In this document: in pieces, positions 19,190-29,206 of the stretch
Layout of the letters: each line of letters starts with the position of its first letter
Numbering within the stretch: the stretch's first letter is position 1
NCBI GenBank assembly: GCA_038227875.1
Contig: JBBRPR010000062.1
Location: 1-49,775, forward strand
DNA length: 49,775 nt
Direction: 5' to 3'
DNA from: Planctomycetota bacterium
GTDB taxonomy: Bacteria > Planctomycetota > SZUA-567 > H5-PLA8
Translations under genes and position numbers: made by a program
Notes under the pieces: model-generated
What the model was told of the DNA's origin: nothing
Database searches by the model: none
What the model saw: the letters and a program-made list of their open reading frames with translations, nothing else

Positions 19190-19951
19190 ATGGCTTCGTG
19201 CATAGCCGCTCAACTTTTCACGCTTCGCAATTTCACCAAGACGCCCGCCGACATCGCGACGACCATGAAGAAGGTCCGCGAGATCGGTTACGAAGCCGTC
19301 CAGCTTTCGGCGCTCGGTCCGATTCCCACCGAAGACCTCAAAGCCATTCTGGATAAGGAAGGCCTCACCGTCGCCGCGACGCACGCCAGTTACGAAAAGA
19401 TGCGCGATGACCCGGAAGCAATTCTGAAGGAGCACCGCACGCTGGGCTGCAAACACACCGCCATCGGCGGACTGCCCACCGACTACCGCAACGCCGCGGG
19501 CTACCCGCGCTTTGCCAAGGAAGCGTCCGTTGTCGCCAAGCGCCTGACGGAAGGCGGCCTGACGTGGGGCTACCACAATCACGCCTTCGAACTCGAAAAG
19601 TTCAATGGCCGCACCGGGCTGGAAATTCTCTACTCCGAAAGCGACCCGGCCGTCTTCACCGCGGAGATCGACACGTACTGGATCACCTACGGCGGCGGCG
19701 ATCCGGCGCACTGGATCCGCTCGTTGAAGGGACGCATTCCGCTGTTGCATCTGAAGGACATGAGCTTCGGCGCCGACAAGCAGTGGATGGCGGAAGTCGG
19801 CGAAGGCAATCTGAACTGGCCGGCGATCCTGGAAGCCGCGAAGTTCGCAGGCGTGAAGTGGTACATCGTCGAACAGGACGTCTGCCAGCGCGACCCGTTT
19901 GAGAGCCTGGCGATGAGCTTGAAGAATTTGAAGAAGATGGGGCTCGTTTGA
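19190..19951 (+). CDS. Sugar phosphate isomerase/epimerase (xylose-isomerase-like TIM barrel)
   Basis: QLFTLR, YHNHAFE, EIDTYW, LHLKD, GEGNLNW, VEQD. Confidence 0.9.
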   Translation: MASCIAAQLFTLRNFTKTPADIATTMKKVREIGYEAVQLSALGPIPTEDLKAILDKEGLTVAATHASYEKMRDDPEAILKEHRTLGCKHTAIGGLPTDYRNAAGYPRFAKEASVVAKRLTEGGLTWGYHNHAFELEKFNGRTGLEILYSESDPAVFTAEIDTYWITYGGGDPAHWIRSLKGRIPLLHLKDMSFGADKQWMAEVGEGNLNWPAILEAAKFAGVKWYIVEQDVCQRDPFESLAMSLKNLKKMGLV

Positions 19952-19982
19952 ATGTCGAAAAGTGAATGTCGAATGTCGAATT
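19950..19982 (+). repeat. Short tandem heptamer repeat (GAATGTC)n
   Basis: GAATGTC GAAAAGT GAATGTC GAATGTC GAATT directly after the stop codon. Confidence 0.75.
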
Positions 19983-19983
19983 G

Positions 19984-20017
19984 AAAAAATCCCCCGCTCA
20001 GTGCGGGGGATTTTTTT
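19984..20017. terminator. Bidirectional intrinsic terminator
   Basis: AAAAAATCCCCCGC-TCAGT-GCGGGGGATTTTTTT between convergent genes. Confidence 0.9.
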
Positions 20018-20053
20018 CGTATACGGCGATCATGAATCACAGTCTTTGAACGT

Positions 20054-21163
20054 TTACTCCCACGGCGCGACTTCGCCCACCGGCGGCGGCGGCGGGAACG
20101 ATGTTTTCATTTCGATCATCGCGCTCGTCCGCGAGGCTTCGTTGAGCTTCTCGGCGATTTCGACGATGTGTCGTGCGTGGTACGCCGAGCAGCGCGGCAT
20201 CCGGTCGTTGCGAATCGCTTCGGCGAAATCGGTGACGCCCTTGGCCCAGTCCAGGCCATTGGTGTAAGACTTCGCCGGAGTCGGGATCGGCTGGGACTCG
20301 TGGCCTTTCACCGAGAGGAAACGGATCCCCGCGCCGTCGTTGTGCGGGTTGAGCGAGAAGATGCCTTCGGTGCCTGTGACTTCCAGCGCCGGCGTGTCGG
20401 ATTGGCCCGACCAGCCGGTATAGATGAAGCCGCGCACGCCGCTTTCGAATTCCAGCAGCCCCATGACATGATCGGGAATCGTCGGCTTGAAGGTCGTGCC
20501 GGCGCGCGGTCCGGTCTGGAGCGTGCGTTCCGGAATCACGTTGCGCGCGAATCCGAAAAGGCGCTTCACCGGTCCGAAGTACGTGGTCATCATCACCAGC
20601 GGATACGGCGCCGCATCGGCGGCGACACTGACGCCGTTGGTCATGAAGACGTCGGCGTTCGGATGCCAATATTCCAGGCGCGTGCAGGCGAATTTGCCGA
20701 GGACCGTGTGTGGCGTCCCGATTTCGCCGGCACGGATGCGCGCCCAGACGTTCTGCTGTTCGTAGCCCAGCGGCGACGACGGCGCGCAGGCGAGCTTCAA
20801 TTTGCGCTTCTCCGCTTCGCGGATCAGTTCGTCGGCTTCGGAGACCGTGACCGCGACGGGCTTCTCCGAATAGACGTGCTTGCCGGCCTTCAGCGCAGCC
20901 AGCGATACGGGGAAGTGGCCGTTGAGCGTGGTGAGATTGAGCACCGCCTCGACTTCCTTGTCGGCAAACACTACTTCGAGCGATTTGTAGACCTTGCCGG
21001 AGCCGGCTACTTTCTGCAGCTCTTCCGCGCCGGCCTGGTTCTGATCGAAGTAGCCGTGCAACTTGATGTGCTTCGGGTACGCGAGGCAACGCGGTTGGTA
21101 ACCGTTTTTGGCAATCGATCCACAGCCGACGATGGCGATGCGGAGCGGTTCGTTAATGGGCAT
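20054..21163 (-). CDS. Gfo/Idh/MocA family oxidoreductase
   Basis: IAIVGCGSIA Rossmann motif, AGKHVYSEKP, CAP, HIVEI. Confidence 0.92.
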   Translation of the reverse strand: MPINEPLRIAIVGCGSIAKNGYQPRCLAYPKHIKLHGYFDQNQAGAEELQKVAGSGKVYKSLEVVFADKEVEAVLNLTTLNGHFPVSLAALKAGKHVYSEKPVAVTVSEADELIREAEKRKLKLACAPSSPLGYEQQNVWARIRAGEIGTPHTVLGKFACTRLEYWHPNADVFMTNGVSVAADAAPYPLVMMTTYFGPVKRLFGFARNVIPERTLQTGPRAGTTFKPTIPDHVMGLLEFESGVRGFIYTGWSGQSDTPALEVTGTEGIFSLNPHNDGAGIRFLSVKGHESQPIPTPAKSYTNGLDWAKGVTDFAEAIRNDRMPRCSAYHARHIVEIAEKLNEASRTSAMIEMKTSFPPPPPVGEVAPWE

Positions 21164-21227
21164 GAAGGTAATTCTCCGAAGAAGGGGACGGAACTGAAGA
21201 CATTTTCCTTTATCAATCGGACATGTG

Positions 21228-22043
21228 CTACCGCGGACAGACTTCCGCGGCTTGTTCGAAGGCTTTGCGTGCGAATTTCAGGCTGCGTGTGGCGCATTCG
21301 ATCGGTGTGGATCCGGCCGTCGGGCTGTTTTGTTCCAGCGTGATCCAGCCGCGGTAATTGTGTTCGAGCAGGTATGTCGCGAGCGCCACGAAATCGGTCT
21401 GGCCGGCGCCGAGTTCCGTGTTGAGCTGCGTGGTCGGATTCCATTCTTTGAATTCAACGTACTTCACGCGCGACCAGCAGCGTTTGAGCAACTCCAGTCC
21501 GCGCGTCTTTAACGGCAGGCTTTTGAAATCCTGCGCGGCGTGTCCGCTGTCGAGAAAAAGGTGCACGTTTTTGGGATCGGTGGTTTCGAGCAGTTCCAGC
21601 GTCTCTTCGAACGTTTCGAAGGGAACGTTGCAGTGGTGATGAAAGCTGACGCAGACTCCGTAGCGCCGCGCCATCGCGCCGCGTGTATCGAGCAGCTTCG
21701 CCAGGGCCGTGCGCGTCGCCGCGCCTTCTGCTCCATCTTTGCGCTGGCCGCCGTGCATGCAGAGGTTGTCGCACCCGACGGATTGGAGCAGCGCGCAAAG
21801 TTTCTCAACGTCCGCCGCATCCGTATCGACTGGCGCGTACGCGCCGGCGAGTTCCAGATCCACGGATTTTAGCAGCGCCTTCAATTCATCTGCGCGCCCA
21901 AAGTAAGCTTTGAGCGTACTAAACCGCAGCGCCGCGCCGTCAAATCCCGCCGTCTTGAGATCGCGAAGAAACGGCACCAACTTCTCGCCGCTCACATCTC
22001 CGAACATCAATTCCATGCAAGCTATTTTGGGAAGCTGAGACAT
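21228..22043 (-). CDS. Sugar phosphate isomerase/epimerase, IolE-like TIM barrel
   Basis: FHHH, LFLDSGH, VEFKE, TELGAGQTDF, YRGWITLEQ. Confidence 0.82.
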   Translation of the reverse strand: MSQLPKIACMELMFGDVSGEKLVPFLRDLKTAGFDGAALRFSTLKAYFGRADELKALLKSVDLELAGAYAPVDTDAADVEKLCALLQSVGCDNLCMHGGQRKDGAEGAATRTALAKLLDTRGAMARRYGVCVSFHHHCNVPFETFEETLELLETTDPKNVHLFLDSGHAAQDFKSLPLKTRGLELLKRCWSRVKYVEFKEWNPTTQLNTELGAGQTDFVALATYLLEHNYRGWITLEQNSPTAGSTPIECATRSLKFARKAFEQAAEVCPR

Positions 22044-22074
22044 CGGATCGAAATTCCTATAGTTTTTGAAATTT

Positions 22075-22103
22075 CCCCTGCTCTCCGCGAGCAGGGGCGC
22101 TAC
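22075..22103 (-). repeat. GTAG-type REP-like hairpin
   Basis: Minus strand GTAGCG-CCCCTGCTC-GCGGA-GAGCAGGGG. Confidence 0.45.
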
Positions 22104-22118
22104 GTCCTCAGTCCTGTC

Positions 22119-22967
22119 CTATCGCTTCCCGAGCTTGATCTTGCAGAAGTTCTGGACCTGCGCCGTCAGCGCGATTTCGGTGGGGAGGCGTTCCATCGAG
22201 CTGGCGCCGTAGAAGCCGTCCACGCCCTTGACGCGATCGAGAATGTACTGCGCGTCGGCCGGTTCGGCGATGGGTCCGCCGTGGCAGATCACGATTGTGT
22301 CTTCGCGGATCGATTTGCAGGCGTCGGTCATCGCCTGGATTTCGCGCACGGCGGTGTCGAGCGACTTGAACGTCTTCGCGCCGATCGTGCCGCTGACAGT
22401 GAGCCCCATGTGAGCGACGACGATGTCGGCGCCGGCGCGGGTCATCATCTGCGCTTCTTCGACGTTGAAGACGTACGGCGACGTCAGCAGATCCAGCTCG
22501 CGGGCGTGAGCGATCATGTCGACTTCGAGCTTGTAGCTGATGCCCGTCTCTTCGAGATTGGCGCGGAAGGTGCCGTCGATCAAACCGACGGTGGGGAAAT
22601 TCTGCACGCCGGCGAAGCCCATGGCCTTCAGTTCTTTCAGGAACAGATCGCGCAGCATGAACGGATCGGTGGCGCAGACTCCGGCGAGCACCGGCGTGTG
22701 CTTCACGGCGGTGAGGACTTCATATGCCATTTCCTTCACGATCTGATTGGCGTTGCCGTAAGGCATCATGCCGTTCATCGAGCCGCGGCCGGCCATGCGG
22801 AAGCGGCCGGAATTGTAGATCACGATCAGGTCAATGCCGCCGGCTTCTTCGCACTTGGCGGAGATCCCGGTGCCGGCGCCGCCGCCGACGATCGGTTTGC
22901 CCGCGGCAATTTTGGCGCGGAAACGTTCCAGGATGCTCTTTCTGTCGTTAGCCATTGTGGTCTTCAT
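22119..22967 (-). CDS. TIM-barrel signal transduction protein (PEP-hydrolase-like family)
   Basis: [59 protein letters not shown]. Confidence 0.93.
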   Translation of the reverse strand: MKTTMANDRKSILERFRAKIAAGKPIVGGGAGTGISAKCEEAGGIDLIVIYNSGRFRMAGRGSMNGMMPYGNANQIVKEMAYEVLTAVKHTPVLAGVCATDPFMLRDLFLKELKAMGFAGVQNFPTVGLIDGTFRANLEETGISYKLEVDMIAHARELDLLTSPYVFNVEEAQMMTRAGADIVVAHMGLTVSGTIGAKTFKSLDTAVREIQAMTDACKSIREDTIVICHGGPIAEPADAQYILDRVKGVDGFYGASSMERLPTEIALTAQVQNFCKIKLGKR

Positions 22968-22973
22968 GCCTTT

Positions 22974-24158
22974 CTAGCGAATGATTTCGCGAAAATGTTG
23001 AACTGCTGCCGCGGCAAACGCGGCGTCGTTGATGTGATGGGGCAGCCGGACGATCCGGCGCGCTTCAGTCTGCTTCACCGTTTTTTCGAGCGCCTCGAAG
23101 AGGGCCGCATCGGCTTCCGGATCGTGAAAGGGCTTTCCCGGCGCATCGATGGCGGAGACGCCATTTTCCGCGATCAGAAACCGCACGCGTCCTTCGCACG
23201 CGTTGAGCTTCTGACCGATCCATTTTCCCATCGCCACGTTTTCGTCGCGGGTCGTGCGCATCAGCGTGGCGTGCGGGTTGTGCTTGTAGAGGTTGCGCTT
23301 CTTAAATTTTTCAGGCACCGTGTCGATGTGGCCGAAGTTCACCATGTCCAGCGCACCGACGGAGCCCACGTACGGAATCTTCGTGCGGATGAACGCGCCG
23401 AAGCGGTCCTCACCGGCGCTGCACACGCCGCCCATCAGCAGATCCGCGACTTCCGTCGTGGTGATGTCGATGGCCGCGGTGATCATCCCGGAGTCGACCA
23501 GCTTCTCCATCGACTTGCCGCCCAGTCCCGTGGCGTGAAAGACGATGCAGTCGTAATCTTTTTCGATCGCGGTGCGAATCTGCGTGACGCAGGGCGTCGT
23601 AACGCCGAACATGGTCATGCAAACGGCCGGCTTGGATTGAATGTCCTTCGGCAACTGCCGCGCGACCATTCCGGCGATCGCGTGTGCCGCGTTGGCCAGC
23701 ACCACGCGCGAGATGCTGTTGAGCCCCGCGATGTCGGTCACCGAGTACATATTGGTGATGTCCGTTGCGCCGCCGTAACCGCCAGCCTGCGTCGACACCA
23801 TCAGCTTCGGCACACCTACGGGCAGCGCACGCATTCCGGCGGTGACCAGCGTGGTGTTGCCCGATCCGCCCAACCCGATTACGCCGCCGACGTCCGTGCG
23901 CGATGAGATGAAGCGTGCGAACGCTTCGGCCATCACTTCCATTGACTTGCCGCGATCATTGAGCGCCAGGATGTCTGCCGAGCCGGGAACGAGCGCCGCG
24001 ATTTCAGCGGGGCCGACCTCGGCGTTCGCGTTCCGGCCTTGAGTGCTCAAATCGACGCGGACGGTCTGCAGACCCGCGGCCTTGATCAGCGCATCCACGT
24101 ACAGCAGCTCTTCGGATTTCGTGTCGAATGTGCCGACGACGTAGACGCGTTTGCTCAT
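22974..24158 (-). CDS. Tm-1-like ATP-binding domain protein (UPF0261)
   Basis: GTFDTKSEE, GGSGNT, MFGVTTPC, FHATGLGG, GALDMVNF, TLMRT; TAATG overlap with the cupin gene. Confidence 0.93.
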   Translation of the reverse strand: MSKRVYVVGTFDTKSEELLYVDALIKAAGLQTVRVDLSTQGRNANAEVGPAEIAALVPGSADILALNDRGKSMEVMAEAFARFISSRTDVGGVIGLGGSGNTTLVTAGMRALPVGVPKLMVSTQAGGYGGATDITNMYSVTDIAGLNSISRVVLANAAHAIAGMVARQLPKDIQSKPAVCMTMFGVTTPCVTQIRTAIEKDYDCIVFHATGLGGKSMEKLVDSGMITAAIDITTTEVADLLMGGVCSAGEDRFGAFIRTKIPYVGSVGALDMVNFGHIDTVPEKFKKRNLYKHNPHATLMRTTRDENVAMGKWIGQKLNACEGRVRFLIAENGVSAIDAPGKPFHDPEADAALFEALEKTVKQTEARRIVRLPHHINDAAFAAAAVQHFREIIR

Positions 24159-24565
24159 TACTTGCCGCTCCGCAGCGTGTTCCACGGTGCTTCAGTGAAG
24201 ACGTCGACGCATTCGTAACCGGATTCGCCGACGCACGGTCCCAGGATCGCAAGCACTTTCGCTTCGTCGCGGAAATCGTTGAACGTGGCGTGAACGACGC
24301 CGGCTGGAATGAAGACCGAATCGCCGACGCCGAGGATTTTCTTCTCGCCGTCGAGCCACTGTTCGACGCGGCCGCCCATCACGTAAATCACTTCTTCTTG
24401 ATTGGGATGCTTGTGAAAACTGTGCCCGCCACCTTGGCGAATCTGCACTTCAATAGTGATCAGCGACTTGGCGCCCGTGACGGCGGGGCGGCTATGCCAC
24501 GCAAGCTGGCCCCACGGGAGCTTCTCGACATCAATCGTTTTTGCTTCGAGGAATCGGCCGCGCAT
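24158..24565 (-). CDS. Cupin domain protein
   Basis: GHSFHKHPNQEE and GDSVFIPAGVVHA; AGGAGA RBS before ATG 24565. Confidence 0.92.
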   Translation of the reverse strand: MRGRFLEAKTIDVEKLPWGQLAWHSRPAVTGAKSLITIEVQIRQGGGHSFHKHPNQEEVIYVMGGRVEQWLDGEKKILGVGDSVFIPAGVVHATFNDFRDEAKVLAILGPCVGESGYECVDVFTEAPWNTLRSGK

Positions 24566-24598
24566 CGGTTTGTTTCTCCTATTGATGGAGCGACATAG

Positions 24599-24615
24599 AA
24601 CAAGTGAAGTGCCAG
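24599..24615 (-). promoter_or_regulatory. Sigma54 (-24/-12) promoter of the cupin operon
   Basis: CTGGCAC-TTCAC-TTGTT matches TGGCAC-N5-TTGC except the last base; adjacent divergent sigma54 activator. Confidence 0.75.
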
Positions 24616-24708
24616 TCATGAAATACTTTTTATCATCGACAAGTCCTTTCTGTACATACTTTTAGATTGCTTCGGTGGAGAATATTTCCGCCTCCCCGAC
24701 CAGCGTGG

Positions 24709-24727
24709 TGTATACTTCAGGTATACA
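24709..24727. promoter_or_regulatory. Putative upstream activator sequence for the enhancer-binding protein
   Basis: Perfect inverted repeat TGTATAC-N5-GTATACA about 95-110 nt upstream of the -24 box. Confidence 0.65.
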
Positions 24728-24751
24728 AGTAAACACATTTGGGGATCCATC

Positions 24752-26515
24752 ATGGTTGACCTTCGCCCCTTCTTGGCAAGTCTAGACGCTGGCACCAAGC
24801 TGATTGCCGTCGTCCCGGGATCTGGCGACGTCGCCCGCGCAGCGGTACTCGCTGGCGCGGATGTGCTGATCGCGCTTAACGCCGGATTCTTTCGAAACAG
24901 CGGCAACGGCAGTCTCGCCGCGTACATGCCCTTTGGAAATTCCAACGCGATGACCGAGGCCCTGCTGCGCGAACACGTCTTGCCGCACGCCGGCAATGTG
25001 CCGGTGATCGCGGGACTCTGCGGCCCCGTCGACGCGCCACAGACGCGCGACTACATCGACCACTTGAAAGCGCTCGGCGTCACCGCCGTCACCAACTGGC
25101 CGGCGATGGGCATGATCGACGGCAACTACCGCGCCGCGTTGGAAGCGGAAGGCAAAGGCGTCGGCGGCGAAATTGAGACGCTGGCGAAGGCTCGGGAACT
25201 GGGCTTCGCCACCGTCGCATTTGTATATAGCCGTGAGGAAATTGGCGCGTTTGCCGACGCTGGGGTCGACGCGTTCATTCTGGCGATGGGCGTGACTCGT
25301 TCCATCGACGACGTCCGCGAAAAGCGCGATCAGTTGCAGCAGGCCATAGCGCGCGTCAACGGGATGGTCGAGGAAGTGCAGAAAGCCGGACGCAAACTGC
25401 CGAGCCTGGCCTACGGCGGCCCGGTGACCAGCGCCGAAGACGTCGAGCAGCTCTTCCGGCTCAGCAACGTCGACGGCTTCGCTGGAGGCACGGTTTTCGA
25501 GCGCCTGCCGCAACGCGATGTGACCAGCGCGGTGGTGCGCCGCTTCAAAAGCGTCGCGGCGAATCTCGGTCAGCGCAGCGAAGAGACGGGACTCGGCCAG
25601 ATGATCGGCGCCAGCGCGCCGATGCGGCAGCTCTTCACGCTGATCAAGCGCATCGCGCCGTACGACGTCAACGTCTGCATCGAAGGCGAGTCGGGGACAG
25701 GCAAGGAACTGGTCGCGACCCACATCCATCGCATGAGTGGCCGCGCGCACCAGGCGTTCGTGACGCTCAACTGCGGCGCGATTCCCGAAACGCTGCTCGA
25801 GAGCGAACTGTTCGGCCACGAAAAAGGCGCGTTCACCGGCGCGGAACGCCGGCGGCTGGGAAAGTTCGAGCTCGCGCACAGAGGCACGCTTTTTCTCGAT
25901 GAAATCTCGACGTTGAGCCCGCATGGCCAGGTGGCGCTGCTCCGCGCCATCCAGCAGCGCGAGATCACGCGCGTCGGCTCGGAGACGACGATCCCCGTCG
26001 ACGTGCGCGTCCTCGCCGCATCGAATCAAAGCCTCCCCGAGTTGGTGGAGCAGGGGAGATTCCGCGCCGATCTCTACCATCGGCTCAACCAGATCTCCGT
26101 CCCCGTCCCGCCGCTGCGCACGCGGCTGGACGATCTCCCGCTGCTGATCGACGACAGCGTGCGCAAGCTCCAGATCCAGCTCAACCGGAAGTTCGCCGGC
26201 GTCTCCCCGCGCTTCCTGGCGAAGTTGCAGAAACACGCGTGGACCGGCAACGTCCGCGAACTGCAGCACGTGATATTGCACGCCGCGCTCTGCGAAGACG
26301 GCCCGCTGCTGGAAGGCACGCACTTTTCGCCACTGAAGGAATCGGTGCTGGTCGAAGTCGCTCCGGTTTCCGAGCGCACCGGCAAGGACGCCGCCTGGCG
26401 CCAGGCCGTCCGCCGCGCCCTGCGCGACGCCAAAGGCAACAAAAGCCGCGCGGCCGTGGCGCTGGGTGTCACGCGCAAGACGCTGTACGCGTGGATGCGG
26501 GATTTGGAGGAGTGA
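24752..26515 (+). CDS. Sigma54-dependent activator with N-terminal TIM-barrel sensor, AAA+ and Fis HTH
   Basis: N-terminus paralogous to 22119-22967; GESGTGKE, ESELFGHEKGAFTGA, FLDEI, WTGNVREL, NKSRAAVALGVTRKTLY. Confidence 0.94.
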   Translation: MVDLRPFLASLDAGTKLIAVVPGSGDVARAAVLAGADVLIALNAGFFRNSGNGSLAAYMPFGNSNAMTEALLREHVLPHAGNVPVIAGLCGPVDAPQTRDYIDHLKALGVTAVTNWPAMGMIDGNYRAALEAEGKGVGGEIETLAKARELGFATVAFVYSREEIGAFADAGVDAFILAMGVTRSIDDVREKRDQLQQAIARVNGMVEEVQKAGRKLPSLAYGGPVTSAEDVEQLFRLSNVDGFAGGTVFERLPQRDVTSAVVRRFKSVAANLGQRSEETGLGQMIGASAPMRQLFTLIKRIAPYDVNVCIEGESGTGKELVATHIHRMSGRAHQAFVTLNCGAIPETLLESELFGHEKGAFTGAERRRLGKFELAHRGTLFLDEISTLSPHGQVALLRAIQQREITRVGSETTIPVDVRVLAASNQSLPELVEQGRFRADLYHRLNQISVPVPPLRTRLDDLPLLIDDSVRKLQIQLNRKFAGVSPRFLAKLQKHAWTGNVRELQHVILHAALCEDGPLLEGTHFSPLKESVLVEVAPVSERTGKDAAWRQAVRRALRDAKGNKSRAAVALGVTRKTLYAWMRDLEE

Positions 26516-26524
26516 GGTTTTTTA

Positions 26525-26607
26525 ATCTCGCGCAAAGACGCAAAAGCCGCTAAGGCGCAAAGAACGGATTTTTATCTCGCGCAAAGACGCGAAGACGCAA
26601 AGAACGG
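26525..26607 (+). repeat. Two-copy direct repeat built from CGCAAAG-type octamers
   Basis: ATCTCGCGCAAAGACGC...CGCAAAGAACGG at 26525-26567 and 26574-26607. Confidence 0.8.
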
Positions 26608-26676
26608 CAATTAGTGCGTGTTTATTGATAGTGTCGCACGCAACGGAATTCGGATGTTCTGGTGCCGCTCATTTTT

Positions 26677-27393
26677 CTACCAATCTCTGTGGCCAGTCAA
26701 CCGCTCGTCCTTGTTGTCCAGTCCCACCAGTTCGGCAAGTTCTTGAACTTTTGCGACAACTTCTTCGCGTTCCTCTGTTTCTATACACTTTTCGTCACGT
26801 TCAAGTTCGTTGAACTTACTCACAATTCGTTTGAGTATAGTTCGGCATTTGCTCTTGTTTGGCTTTTCACCCAATTCAATTAATTGAAGCGCTGCGTCCC
26901 GGAAGATTGTACGCGCCATTGACACAACACGCCGCGGCCACATTTTTGACCATTTGGCAAAATGTTTTTCTTGCGCAAAATCCGCTAGTGTCAATCTTTG
27001 TCTTCGCTTTTGTCGTCGTGCTTCGGCAAGCTTTAAGCGCGCTTCAGATTCTTTCTTGCGGTTTTCAATTTCAGCAACAAATGCATTGCGATCAAAATTG
27101 CGGCATAAATCGAGATATAGGTAAGCCATGAATTCTTCGGGGCTTTGAAAAACCGACGTGCCTTCTGGGCGGCAATGGCGCTTCTCGTTGTCAGTCAGCG
27201 TTGACGAGCTTGCTAAGCAGAAATTGGCTGGCAGGTCCTGTTTAAACCAACCTTTGAAAATATCTCCACTAGCACTTTGCAATGGCACGCATGCCGAAAT
27301 TTCTTCCATGGAGGGCGCCGTTTTCCACCATCGATTCTGCGCAATAAATGTTTGACCGACACCAACTTCTATAGCGCGAATGGCCCCAATCAT
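26677..27393 (-). CDS. Hypothetical protein, lower GC
   Basis: Long open frame; C-terminal IETEERE...LAELVG...RDW; start uncertain (27393-27450); the ORF-track start lies inside the rho terminator. Confidence 0.65.
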   Translation of the reverse strand: MIGAIRAIEVGVGQTFIAQNRWWKTAPSMEEISACVPLQSASGDIFKGWFKQDLPANFCLASSSTLTDNEKRHCRPEGTSVFQSPEEFMAYLYLDLCRNFDRNAFVAEIENRKKESEARLKLAEARRQKRRQRLTLADFAQEKHFAKWSKMWPRRVVSMARTIFRDAALQLIELGEKPNKSKCRTILKRIVSKFNELERDEKCIETEEREEVVAKVQELAELVGLDNKDERLTGHRDW

Positions 27394-27500
27394 GCCGTTC
27401 TTTAACAGTACAGTATAGTTACCACCGACTTGAGCGGGGGAGGAAGACACTTTAGAGGTAACGCGCAAAAGGGTTCTCCGTGTCGAGCTGTCATCGCACG

Positions 27501-27530
27501 AAAAAGCCGCCTCCAATTTGGAGGCGGCTT
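27501..27530 (-). terminator. Intrinsic terminator after rho
   Basis: AAGCCGCCTCCAA-A-TTGGAGGCGGCTTTTT on the minus strand, 15 nt past the stop. Confidence 0.88.
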
Positions 27531-27545
27531 CAAGATTGACTTAAA

Positions 27546-29138
27546 TTAAATATTCATCGACAGCAGGAACTCAATATTCCCCTTCGTCTTGCGCATCTTC
27601 TCGATCAGGAACTCGATCGATTCGACCACGTTGAGGTCCTGGATGTAGCGGCGCAGCAGGTACATGCGTTGCAACTCGTCCTTGTGGACCAGCAACTCTT
27701 CCTTACGCGTGCTCGACAGATTCACGTCGATGGTCGGGAAGAGGCGGCGGTTCATCAAGCGGCGGTCCAGATGGGCTTCCATGTTGCCCGTGCCTTTGAA
27801 TTCTTCGTAGATCACTTCGTCCATGCGCGAGCCGGTGTCGACCAGCGCGGTGGCGATGATCGTCAGGCTGCCGCCGTTTTCAATGTTGCGCGCCGCGCCG
27901 AAGAACTTCTTCGGCTTCTGCAGCGCGGTGGCGTCGACGCCGCCGGTCAGGATCTTGCCGGAGTGCGGCACTTCCGTGTTGTAGGCGCGGCCCAGGCGCG
28001 TGATCGAATCGAGCAGGATCACCACGTCCTTGCCGTATTCCACCTGGCGCTTGGCGCGTTCGATCACCATTTCGGCGACCTGGCAGTGGCGGCCGGCCGG
28101 TTCGTCGAACGTGCTGGCGATCACTTCGCCCTTCACGCTCCGTTCCATGTCGGTCACTTCTTCGGGTCGTTCGTCAATCAGCAGCACAATCAGCATCGCG
28201 TCGGGCGTGTTCTTGGCGATGGAGTGCGCGATCTGCTGCAACAGCACCGTTTTTCCGGCCTTCGGGGGAGCGACGATCAGGCCGCGCTGTCCGCGACCGA
28301 TCGGCGCGACGAGATCCAGAATGCGCATCGAAATGTCGTCGGGCCCGGTTTCGAGCAGGAAGCGGCGATTCGGAAAAATCGGGGTCAGGTCGTCGAACGG
28401 AATCTTCTCGTTGACCTTCTCCGGCTCTTCGCCGTTGATCGCCTTGATCTGCAGCAGCGCGAAGTAGCGTTCGTTCTCCTTCGGCGGGCGGATCTGTCCG
28501 GTAACCACGTGCCCGGTGCGCAGATTGAAGCGGCGGATCTGGCTGGGCGAAATGTAAATGTCGTCGGGGCAGGGGAGGTAATCGTAGTCCGGCGAACGGA
28601 GGAAGCCGAAGCCGTCGGGCAGAATTTCCAGCACGCCTTCGCCCATCAGCGCGACGTTCTGGCTGACTTTTTCCTTGATGATGCGGAAAATCAAATCGTG
28701 CTTCAGCATCGCCGAGTAGCCTTCGACATTCAGGCTCTTGGCCATCTGATGCAGATCGGCGATCGACATGCGCTTCATGTCGCTGATGTACGCGATCTGC
28801 CCCGGAGGTCGCGGCGCAGCCGGAGCTTTCGTCGCCGGTCCGGAGGTGCCGTAGGTTTCACCGGTCGGCGCGGGCGGCGGCAGCGGTTGTGCGGGAGCCG
28901 CAGCGGCGGCGGCAGGCGCAGCGGCAGGAGCGGAAGCCGGCGCAGCGGGTGCAGCAGCGGCTACGGGTGCAGGTGCGGGAGGAGGAGTAGCAGGCGCAGC
29001 TTCAGGTGCCGCGGCGGCAGCGGTGGTGGCGGCCGGCGCGTCATTGGGTTCTGCGGCATCTTCCGGACGGCGGTCCGCCGGATTTTTACGAGGCCGGCCC
29101 CGGCGCGGGGCATTCGGTGCTTCGTTTTGCTCTGACAT
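27546..29138 (-). CDS. rho: Transcription termination factor Rho with N-terminal low-complexity extension
   Basis: [62 protein letters not shown] before ATG 29138. Confidence 0.97.
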   Translation of the reverse strand: MSEQNEAPNAPRRGRPRKNPADRRPEDAAEPNDAPAATTAAAAAPEAAPATPPPAPAPVAAAAPAAPASAPAAAPAAAAAAPAQPLPPPAPTGETYGTSGPATKAPAAPRPPGQIAYISDMKRMSIADLHQMAKSLNVEGYSAMLKHDLIFRIIKEKVSQNVALMGEGVLEILPDGFGFLRSPDYDYLPCPDDIYISPSQIRRFNLRTGHVVTGQIRPPKENERYFALLQIKAINGEEPEKVNEKIPFDDLTPIFPNRRFLLETGPDDISMRILDLVAPIGRGQRGLIVAPPKAGKTVLLQQIAHSIAKNTPDAMLIVLLIDERPEEVTDMERSVKGEVIASTFDEPAGRHCQVAEMVIERAKRQVEYGKDVVILLDSITRLGRAYNTEVPHSGKILTGGVDATALQKPKKFFGAARNIENGGSLTIIATALVDTGSRMDEVIYEEFKGTGNMEAHLDRRLMNRRLFPTIDVNLSSTRKEELLVHKDELQRMYLLRRYIQDLNVVESIEFLIEKMRKTKGNIEFLLSMNI

Positions 29139-29206
29139 TTTGCTGCTCCTGTCCTGTTGTCTTTTCGGGTCCCTGTCCTGCAACGGTCGATCCACTCTCC
29201 ACTGCT

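Noticed and set aside
26525..26607. CRISPR array
   Set aside because: Only two copies, internal octamer periodicity, 6-nt gap, no cas genes.
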